Assembly (NCBI GenBank): GCA_046541755.1
Contig: JBKHCQ010000003.1
Location: 1 to 37,469 of the forward strand
Origin: Anaerolineales bacterium
GTDB taxonomy: Bacteria > Chloroflexota > Anaerolineae > B4-G1 > SLSP01
Length of the DNA: 37,469 nt
Direction of reading: 5' to 3'
A model generated the notes under the pieces. That model made no database searches and was not told the DNA's origin. It worked only from the letters and a program-made list of their open reading frames with translations. Numbering within the stretch: the first letter of the stretch is position 1; every line of letters begins with the position of its first letter. Positions 25,409 through 33,136 of this stretch are shown here, in pieces. Both the position numbers and the translations under genes were made by a program.

Positions 25409-27088
25409 ATGTTGAATCGCATCAGGCAATGGTTGGCGCCGCCGGTATTTGAAGACGAGGGCCAGACGCGCTCCGCCGCGTTGCTCAATGGATTATTGCT
25501 GCTATTGCTGGCCGCGACGATTCTGGGGACGGCCATCGTGCTGCCGTTGGAGCCGGAAGAATGGATTTTCAACGCCATCTTCGGCGTGCTGTTGTCCGGA
25601 TTATTCCTCTGGTTCCGCCGCCTGGTGCGGCAGGGACGCTTGCGAGGCGTCAGCTACGTGCTGGCGTCGGTGCTGTGGGTGAGCGTCACCGTGCTGGTGC
25701 TGATGGGCCAAGGTCTGCGCGACTCCAGTGTGGTGGGATACTTCTTGGTCATCGCCTTTGCCAGTTTGTTGCTGGGGGGGGGCGGCGTGTGGATCTATGG
25801 CATCTTGAGCGTGATAGCCCTGACCGCCATGTACGTTGCCGAAATTGTGGGACTATTGGATGTCACACCCGCTGCCAGTGTCAGAGTTGCTGATTGGATG
25901 GTGATCAATCTGGTGTTGTTCTTGACGGCCTCGCTCTCGCGCTCAGCTGTGAACGCCCTCGATAGGACGGTGAGCCGCTTGCGCGAGAACGAAATCGCGC
26001 TGGCCGAGAGCAACCGCGCGTTGCAGGCGGAAAGCGCCAGACTGGAGGCCCGCACGAACCAATTAGAACATCGCACCAGCCAGTTGCGCGCTATCACCGA
26101 ACTCGGTCGCATCACCACCACCATTCATGAACAGGAGACCCTGTGCGCTATCGTGCCAAAGTTGATCGGCGAACGGCTGGAATTGGATTACGTTGAGCTG
26201 TTCCTGGTGGATGAGGCGCAAGCGCACCTAGTCTTACGCGGTGGCTATAGCTCATCCGGCACGGATCTACTCCTGGGCCGTGAGTTGCCGCTTCGGGCTG
26301 ACGATGTGGTCGCCACGACAGCCGTTACTGGAGAGGCGCGTCTGTTGGCAGAGACGGACGATGCCGCCTTCCCGGAGACTCACTCGCGGCTCGTGTTGCC
26401 GATTGCAGGGGGGGCGGATGTGTTGGGCGTCCTCGATCTGCATAGTGCATCCCCCGCTGCTTTCAATCAGCAGGATAGGGTTGCCTTGCAGGGTTTGGCG
26501 GATCAATTGGCCGTAGCGTTGGAGAGCGTGAAATTGTTTACGGAAACCCAAGAGACCTTGGAGATGGCACAACGCGCTTACGGTGAAATCAGTAGCCGAG
26601 CCTGGGGGGAAATGTTACGGAGCGCCGGATTCGCGGGCTTTCGCAGCCGGGAGCATGAAATGTCGCCGTTGGATGCGCGCCTCACGCCCGAGATCGAACA
26701 TGCCCTGCGGGAGAAACAATTGGTGCATATTCCCGGTGACGCGCAGAATGATCACCTTTTGGTGCTCCCTATCAAGGTCCGTGATAGAGTGATTGGCGTT
26801 GTGGATACTTATAAGCCGGGACATACCCCGGGGTGGACGGAGACAGAAATCGAGGTATTGCAGGAACTTTCGGAGCGGCTAGGGATGGCCTTAGAAAGCG
26901 CCCGCCTCTACCAGGATACGCAGCGCCGCGCGGCCCGCGAGCAGTTGACGGGTGAGGTTACCGCTCGCATCCGCGAGACGTTGGATGTGAACAAAGTCTT
27001 GCAGACGGCGACGCGCGAGATGCGCCGGGTGTTAGATCTCGCGGAGGTCGAAATTCGGATGGGCTTGGACGCCTCGGAGAGAGAGTAG
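25409..27088 (+). CDS. Receptor paralog 10: multi-TM - shortened GAF - partial GAF - tail
   Basis: WLAPPVFEDE..TR.A.LL N-terminus, ~6 TM, GAF1 with an internal deletion (AFPETHSRLVLPI), and ALESARLYQDTQRRAAREQLTGEVTARIRETLDV..VLQTA..VEIRM. Confidence 0.9.
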   Translation: MLNRIRQWLAPPVFEDEGQTRSAALLNGLLLLLLAATILGTAIVLPLEPEEWIFNAIFGVLLSGLFLWFRRLVRQGRLRGVSYVLASVLWVSVTVLVLMGQGLRDSSVVGYFLVIAFASLLLGGGGVWIYGILSVIALTAMYVAEIVGLLDVTPAASVRVADWMVINLVLFLTASLSRSAVNALDRTVSRLRENEIALAESNRALQAESARLEARTNQLEHRTSQLRAITELGRITTTIHEQETLCAIVPKLIGERLELDYVELFLVDEAQAHLVLRGGYSSSGTDLLLGRELPLRADDVVATTAVTGEARLLAETDDAAFPETHSRLVLPIAGGADVLGVLDLHSASPAAFNQQDRVALQGLADQLAVALESVKLFTETQETLEMAQRAYGEISSRAWGEMLRSAGFAGFRSREHEMSPLDARLTPEIEHALREKQLVHIPGDAQNDHLLVLPIKVRDRVIGVVDTYKPGHTPGWTETEIEVLQELSERLGMALESARLYQDTQRRAAREQLTGEVTARIRETLDVNKVLQTATREMRRVLDLAEVEIRMGLDASERE

Positions 27089-27092
27089 CATT

Positions 27093-28865
27093 ATGAAGAC
27101 GAAGCATCGAAATCAGAGAACCTATCGTGTGGGACGTATAGGGTGGGCCGTCGCGATCTGCCTGACCCTCATCCTTGCGCCCGTCGCCAACGGAATCGCG
27201 CTGGCCCAGGAGCCGGACGATTCCCTGGATGACGCCTACGAAGCGGCGGTGCAAAAATGGGCGGCGGAGTTCGAGATCTCGACTCTGACCGAGACGGAGC
27301 GGCAGGCGGAATTGCGCTGGTTCGCCGAGGCGGCGGCGCCCTTCCGGGGGCGCGCCATCCGGTCGGCGGCGGAGGATATTCGCACCCACTACTGGGAGAG
27401 CGAGGTCTTAGCCGAGGCCTTCGAAGAGATCACGGGCATCCGCGTCGAGCACGAGATCATCGGCGAAGGCTCCGTGGTGGAGAGCATCGCCGAGCAGCAG
27501 AGCACCGGGCGCCGCATCTACGATATTTACGTCAACGATGCTGATCTTGTCGGCACGCATCTCCGCAGCCAGGCGGTCGTGAATCTGACCGAGTATATGG
27601 CCGGTGAAGGGGCCGAGTTCACCAACCCCTATTTGGATCTGGCCGACTTTCTGAATTTGGAGTTTGGGCAGGATTACGATGGCCAACAATTGCAATTGCC
27701 CGATCAGCAGTTCGCCAATCTCTATTGGTTCCGCTACGATTGGTTCACCGACCCTGAGTTGCAAGCGGAGTTCCGGGCGACGTATGGCTATGACTTGGGT
27801 GTGCCCATCAATTGGGCCGCCTACGAGGACATCGCTGAGTTCTTCACCGGGCGCGAGATTGATGGCCGGCAGATCTACGGCCATCTGGATTACGGCAAGG
27901 AATCGCCCTCCCTGGGCTGGCGCTTCACAGATGCCTGGCTCTCCATCGCCGGCGTGGGGGATACGGGTTTGCCCAACGGCATCCCCGTCGACGAGTGGGG
28001 CATCCGCGTGGAGGATCGCGTGCCCGTCGGGGCCTCGATTGCGCGGGGTGGGGCGGCCAACAGTCCGGCGGCGATCTATGCCCTGGAGAAGTACCTGGAG
28101 TGGCTGGATAAGTACGCGCCGCCGGAGGCCCGGGAGTGGCGGTGGGTCGATGCCGGGCCGCAGGCCGCGCGCGGCGACATCGCCCAACGGATCTTCCAAT
28201 ATGTGACGTGGCTCTCGGATGACGCTTTCCACGAGCCGGGCAGCCCGGTGGTCGATGAAAACGGCGATCCCCTGTGGCGGGTCGCCCCCACGCCCCACGG
28301 GCGCTATTGGCAGGAAGGCATGAAAGTCGGCTATCAGGACGCGGGAAGTTGGACTATCCCCGCCAACATTCGTGGCCAGCGCCGCGCGATGGCGTGGCTG
28401 TGGGCGCAGTTCTGCGTCTCCAAGACCGTCTCGCTGCAGAAGTTCCTCGTCGGCGGCACGCCCGTCCGCAGCTCGACCGTCTTCGCCGATTATTTGACCG
28501 AGCGGCAGGCGGAGTGGGGCGGCCTGATCGAATTCTATCGTTCAGAGGAGCGCAAGAAATGGACCGACACCGGCCCGAATGTACCGCACTACCCCAAACT
28601 TTCGGCGGTGTGGTGGCCAAACATCGCCCACGCCATCGCCGGGAGGTTATCGCCACGCCAAGCGATGGACGCCATCGCTACGGAGATGGATGCCGCGATG
28701 GAGACGATGCGGATGGCGAAATATTCCCCGCAACTCAACCCCATGGTCGGCTCATCCCAGTGGCTATCAGCGCCGGGAGCGCCAAAGATGATCATCGTCG
28801 CCGAGGAAACGCCGGAGACCATCCCTTACGATGAACTGATCCAAATCTGGACCCAATCGGAGTGA
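27093..28865 (+). CDS. Carbohydrate/glycerol-type ABC substrate-binding protein (GlpV-like)
   Basis: Signal peptide ending ALA-Q. Motifs QLPDQQFANLYWFRYDWF, LGVPINWAAYEDIAEFF, YGHLDYGK..PSLGWRFTDAWLS and PHG.YW.EGMK.GYQD.GSW match my recollection of GlpV-type glycerol ABC binding proteins. No permease or ATPase in the window. Confidence 0.8.
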   Translation: MKTKHRNQRTYRVGRIGWAVAICLTLILAPVANGIALAQEPDDSLDDAYEAAVQKWAAEFEISTLTETERQAELRWFAEAAAPFRGRAIRSAAEDIRTHYWESEVLAEAFEEITGIRVEHEIIGEGSVVESIAEQQSTGRRIYDIYVNDADLVGTHLRSQAVVNLTEYMAGEGAEFTNPYLDLADFLNLEFGQDYDGQQLQLPDQQFANLYWFRYDWFTDPELQAEFRATYGYDLGVPINWAAYEDIAEFFTGREIDGRQIYGHLDYGKESPSLGWRFTDAWLSIAGVGDTGLPNGIPVDEWGIRVEDRVPVGASIARGGAANSPAAIYALEKYLEWLDKYAPPEAREWRWVDAGPQAARGDIAQRIFQYVTWLSDDAFHEPGSPVVDENGDPLWRVAPTPHGRYWQEGMKVGYQDAGSWTIPANIRGQRRAMAWLWAQFCVSKTVSLQKFLVGGTPVRSSTVFADYLTERQAEWGGLIEFYRSEERKKWTDTGPNVPHYPKLSAVWWPNIAHAIAGRLSPRQAMDAIATEMDAAMETMRMAKYSPQLNPMVGSSQWLSAPGAPKMIIVAEETPETIPYDELIQIWTQSE

Positions 28866-28906
28866 ATCATCCGAGCGCCGGGTAAATAGCGTAGGAGACG
28901 TTGACT

Positions 28907-31345
28907 ATGCCGAATTTGAGAATTGGACAAAAAATTACAATTGTGCTGGTGGTGATTTTGCTGCTCTTCACGGCTGGATTGTACAGCGTCATCGTGACCA
29001 CCAGCTCTGACAACTTGAGTCACATCAAGCTGGAGGAGCTGGGGCGAATGGCGCGCATTCTGGCGGGACGGGTCGGCGAGATGATCGAAAATGGCGAGCA
29101 GACCGTTCAAACCTTTGAGCGAAGTGAGCCAATCGTCAATCAGATCCATCTCTTGACCTACCTGGGGCCGTATTACGCGGATCCGGGCGCCTACTTTGGC
29201 GAGGACTTTATGCGCCCCGGCACGCCCATCGATGCGGCGGATCAAATTTACGTCTTGCAAGCCCAGTTAAACTTGATCCAGTTGTTGCGGGACGCGCAGC
29301 GGATCAACAACCTATCGTCCATCGCCTTCTATATGATCTCACCCTTCGATGTGGCGCCGGACGCCGAACCGGTGTTATCGTTCAAGATGAACATGGATGA
29401 CATCATCATCGCGCAATACACAGAGAAGACGAATCCGCAGGCCCGGACGCTATATCGAATCCCCGTGGAGAATTTTTCATTCCCCTCATCCGGGTATTTT
29501 GATGTCAGCACAGCTTATTCCGCTCCTCCCGCGCAGTTCTTTGAGGAATTAGGTTTTGAGCCGGTGCCGGTAGAGGAAGATTTCACCATCGAACCATTTG
29601 ATCAGATTTGGGAAGGCTTGGAGAGACCGCGCTCCGTCATTTTGATGAAGGCCGGCGTGCCGATGATCCGCTCCTGGTATCCCATCAGAATCACGGTGGC
29701 GGCGCCGGAAACGTGGCAAGAAGAATCCGTCCCGGTCGGCATCGCCGTGGTGGATCAGCAGTTGGATCAAGCCATCATCGATCGATTACAGAGCCGATTG
29801 GATGTTCACGTAGGCTTTGCGCAACAAGACATCCTGTTGAATTCTAGCTTGGATTTGGCAGAACGAGCGGCGTTGACCAACGAGCGGGTGACATTGGAGG
29901 GGCAGATGTATTTCTTCAAGCAAGAGACCATCTCCCTTTCCGGCGCTACGGGGGCGAATTTGCAAGCTGTAGCGCTCAGTCCGGTAGGGGAATTGGAGAT
30001 GCTGACAGAGCGCTTGCGCACTCAATTGGGGGTGACGACGCTGGTGGTCGGATTGGTGGTCATCGGCGTGGTTTATTTTAGCATTCAACGCCTCGTCAGC
30101 CGTCCCTTGGAGCAGATGACCGATCGCGTGCAACAGATCTCCTCTGGGGATCTCGATCAGCAGGTGCCGGTGCGCTCACAGGACGAGCTGGGCCAGTTGG
30201 CGATGGCCTTCAACAGCATGGCGGCCCAGTTGCGCGAAAGCTTCGCCTCGCTGGAGCGGCGGGTTGCCGAGCGCACGGAGGATTTGGAGCGGCGCGCGCA
30301 GGAACTGCGGGCCGCCGCCGAGGTCGGGCGCGCGGCGACGACACTTCGTGATTTAGACACCTTGCTTTCGCGGGTGACCTATCTAATCAGCGAACAATTC
30401 GGCTTTTATCACGTCGGCGTCTTTCTGTTAGATGAATCGGGAAATTACGCCGTGCTGCGCGCGGCCAACAGCACCGGCGGTCAGCAGATGTTGGAGCATG
30501 GACACCGCTTGCAGGTGGGCGCGCAGGGCATTGTAGGCTACGTCACCCGTGAGGGTAAGCCGCGCATCGCCTTAGATGTCGGCGAGGACGCGGTGCACTT
30601 CAAGAACCCCTACCTGCCGGACACCCACTCGGAGATGGCGCTCCCTTTGATGGCCGGCGATGAGATGTTGGGCGCGTTAGATGTTCAGAGCGTCGAGACG
30701 GAAGCCTTCACCGAGGAGGACATCGCGGTGTTGCGCCTCGTCGCGGATCAACTTGCCATTGCCATCGAAAACGCCAACCTGCTGTCCGAAGCTCAGGAGG
30801 CCTTGGCCGCGCAACGCCGCGCCTATGGTGAAGTCAGCCGCGAGGCGTGGCAGGAGTTGGTGGCGTCGCAAGCACTGGCCGGCTATACATGTGATGCCCA
30901 TGACAACATCGTGCCGGTTGCCACCGCGTGGCCGGCAGAGATGAAACACGCGGGCCGGCGCGGCGAGATGGTCCAGACGGAGGATGGCACGGTGATGATC
31001 CCCGTCCAAATTCGCGATCAGACCTTGGGCGTGGTGCGCTTGCGTAAATCGGAGACCCAACCGGCGTGGACGGCGGAGCAGTTGGAGTTGATGCAATCGC
31101 TGACCAATCAATTAGAGGTGGCTTTGGAGAGCGCGCGTCTCTATCAGGATTCACAGTGGCGCGCGGCCCGCGAGCAGTTGGTCGGCGAAATCACAGCGCA
31201 TATTCGCGAGAGCCTGGAGATCGACACCGTGCTCAAGACCGCCGTGCAGGAGATGCGGCGCGCCTTGGCCGTGCCGGAACTGACCATTCGCTTGGCCAAC
31301 GAGCCGGGAGCCGGCGAGGGCGAGAAGAACGGGGGAGCGGCATGA
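28907..31345 (+). CDS. Receptor paralog 11: TM - large (~340 aa) unassigned ectodomain - TM - HAMP - GAF - partial GAF - tail
   Basis: ATG 28907 after AGGAG. HAMP DELGQLAMAFNSM, LERRVAERT, GAF1 HFKNPYLPDTHSEMALPL, and ALESARLYQDSQWRAARE followed by the tail. Confidence 0.9.
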   Translation: MPNLRIGQKITIVLVVILLLFTAGLYSVIVTTSSDNLSHIKLEELGRMARILAGRVGEMIENGEQTVQTFERSEPIVNQIHLLTYLGPYYADPGAYFGEDFMRPGTPIDAADQIYVLQAQLNLIQLLRDAQRINNLSSIAFYMISPFDVAPDAEPVLSFKMNMDDIIIAQYTEKTNPQARTLYRIPVENFSFPSSGYFDVSTAYSAPPAQFFEELGFEPVPVEEDFTIEPFDQIWEGLERPRSVILMKAGVPMIRSWYPIRITVAAPETWQEESVPVGIAVVDQQLDQAIIDRLQSRLDVHVGFAQQDILLNSSLDLAERAALTNERVTLEGQMYFFKQETISLSGATGANLQAVALSPVGELEMLTERLRTQLGVTTLVVGLVVIGVVYFSIQRLVSRPLEQMTDRVQQISSGDLDQQVPVRSQDELGQLAMAFNSMAAQLRESFASLERRVAERTEDLERRAQELRAAAEVGRAATTLRDLDTLLSRVTYLISEQFGFYHVGVFLLDESGNYAVLRAANSTGGQQMLEHGHRLQVGAQGIVGYVTREGKPRIALDVGEDAVHFKNPYLPDTHSEMALPLMAGDEMLGALDVQSVETEAFTEEDIAVLRLVADQLAIAIENANLLSEAQEALAAQRRAYGEVSREAWQELVASQALAGYTCDAHDNIVPVATAWPAEMKHAGRRGEMVQTEDGTVMIPVQIRDQTLGVVRLRKSETQPAWTAEQLELMQSLTNQLEVALESARLYQDSQWRAAREQLVGEITAHIRESLEIDTVLKTAVQEMRRALAVPELTIRLANEPGAGEGEKNGGAA

Positions 31346-33057
31346 ATGCAATACGAGGATGGTTAAGAGGATGGTTCAATCGATATCTTGATGTGCCGGC
31401 GGAGGATGCGATTATCAGACAGCGACACCGCTCCTTCTTGATCCTCCTCTTGATCATAGCGGGCGCCTCTGTCGTAGGGGTGTTTCAGGTTTTAATCTTT
31501 TACCCGCACCTGGAATCGATGATCCTGATGGTTTTCGCCACTGTGTTGATCGTTGTCCTGGCGTGGTTCACACGGCGCCAACATCACTGGCCGCCTTACG
31601 TCTTTCTGATATTCTTGATGTTCGTCATTCATTACCAATTTGGGTGGGCCATTAACAGCCCGTTTGCTCTATTATTTGCCTTGCCGGTCATCAGCGCGCC
31701 ATTAATTGCCCCGCCGTGGACGGCGCTATTCGTGGCCGGCATTGAGGCCCTGATATTGTATGTCATCGGGGGAGAGGACGCCTTGGGACTTTTGCCCCTT
31801 ATGATCTTGGGGATTTTGGGAGGCGTGGCATGGATCTCCAGCGCGAGCCTGGTGCAATCCGTTACGCAGGCTCATGAGAATGCGGAATCGCTGGCGGAGA
31901 GCAACGAGGAATTGTTAGAAAGACAGGAAGAGCTGCGTCAACGCACGGCGGAACTGGAGCGCCGAACGCGCTATATGCAGGCGACGGTGACCGTGGCGCG
32001 GGCGGCGGCTTCCGTGTTGGATGTGCAGGAATTGCTGACGCGGGTCGTCAATCTGGTGAGCGAGCAGTTTGGCTTTTATCACGCCGGCCTGTTTTTGATC
32101 GATCGCGGTGGAGAGTGGGCGGTCTTGCAAGCGGCCTCCAGCGCGGGCGGCCAGCGGATGCTGGCGCGCGGCCATCGCCTCCGCGTGGGAGCGCAGGGTA
32201 CGGTGGGCTACGTCACCAAGCATGGCGAGGCGCGCATCGCCTTGGACGTGGGCGAGGACGCGGTCTTCTTCGATAACCCCGATTTGCCGAACACCCACTC
32301 GGCGGTGACCTTGCCCCTGCGCGCGCGCGGCGAAATCATCGGCGCGCTGGATGTGCAGAGCGGCGAGCCGGCCGCCTTCACCCAGGAAGAGGCCGCGGTA
32401 TTGCAGGCGCTGGCCGATCAGGTCGCCCTGGCCATCAGCAACGCGCGCCTCTTCGCGCAGGCGCAGGAGAGCTTGGAGGCGGAGCGCCGCGCCTACGGCG
32501 AGATGGGGCGGGAGGCTTGGACGGAATTATTACAGCTTCGCCGCGAACTGGCCTATCGCGGCGATGAGGAAGGCGTCGCCGCGGCGGAAGACGATTGGCG
32601 GCCTGAGACGAAGCGCGCGTGGCAGGAAGCCGCCGTGACCGTGCATCAGGATGAGGGCACGGGCGAGGCGTCGTTGGCCGTGCCAATCCAAGCCTCTGGC
32701 CGGGTGATCGGCGTCATCGATACCTACAAGCCGGCCGGGGCGGGGGATTGGAGCCGGGAGGAAATCCGACTGGTAGAGAATCTCGCGGAGCAATTGAGCG
32801 TCGCATTGGAGAGCGCGCGTTTCTACGAGGACATCCAGCGCCGCGCGGCCCGCGAGCGCTTAACTCGTGAAATCACGGATCACATTCGTCAGGCATCGGA
32901 TATAGAGACCTTGATCAAGACCACGGTGCAGGAAATCACAGACGTATTGCAGACCTCTTCCACCTTTGTTAAATTACATCCATCAGAAGAGACGCCAGAA
33001 GAGACGCCGGCGGCGAGTGATGCGCCTGATGCCGCAATCCCGAGGGAGGAGCTATGA
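31342..33057 (+). CDS. Receptor paralog 12: multi-TM - GAF - partial GAF - tail
   Basis: ATG 31342 overlaps the upstream TGA (ATGA) after GGGGGAG. About 5-6 TM, GAF1 FFDNPDLPNTHSAVTLPL, and ALESARFYEDIQRRAARERLTREITDHIRQASDIETLIKTTVQEI. Confidence 0.9.
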   Translation: MNAIRGWLRGWFNRYLDVPAEDAIIRQRHRSFLILLLIIAGASVVGVFQVLIFYPHLESMILMVFATVLIVVLAWFTRRQHHWPPYVFLIFLMFVIHYQFGWAINSPFALLFALPVISAPLIAPPWTALFVAGIEALILYVIGGEDALGLLPLMILGILGGVAWISSASLVQSVTQAHENAESLAESNEELLERQEELRQRTAELERRTRYMQATVTVARAAASVLDVQELLTRVVNLVSEQFGFYHAGLFLIDRGGEWAVLQAASSAGGQRMLARGHRLRVGAQGTVGYVTKHGEARIALDVGEDAVFFDNPDLPNTHSAVTLPLRARGEIIGALDVQSGEPAAFTQEEAAVLQALADQVALAISNARLFAQAQESLEAERRAYGEMGREAWTELLQLRRELAYRGDEEGVAAAEDDWRPETKRAWQEAAVTVHQDEGTGEASLAVPIQASGRVIGVIDTYKPAGAGDWSREEIRLVENLAEQLSVALESARFYEDIQRRAARERLTREITDHIRQASDIETLIKTTVQEITDVLQTSSTFVKLHPSEETPEETPAASDAPDAAIPREEL

Positions 33058-33083
33058 TAGCAGCGCAAAGGCGATGGCAAATT

Positions 33084-33113
33084 TGAGGGGGATGAGGGGG
33101 ATGAGGAGGATGA
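33084..33113. repeat. Intergenic 9-nt tandem repeat (TGAGG[G/A]GGA)3
   Basis: tgaggggga tgaggggga tgaggagga tga; it creates several Shine-Dalgarno-like words upstream of 33137. Confidence 0.75.
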
Positions 33114-33136
33114 TGTTAGGAGTGGAGGCTTAACGT

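Noticed and set aside
19056-28865. ABC transporter operon(s)
   Set aside because: No permease (EAA motif) or Walker A/LSGGQ ATPase gene in the window.
31066-31341. N-terminal extension of the 31066 ORF (likewise 35394-35468, 19008-19055, 23913-24005)
   Set aside because: These extensions overlap upstream genes or repeats, or lack an RBS; downstream starts have good Shine-Dalgarno sequences or ATGA coupling.
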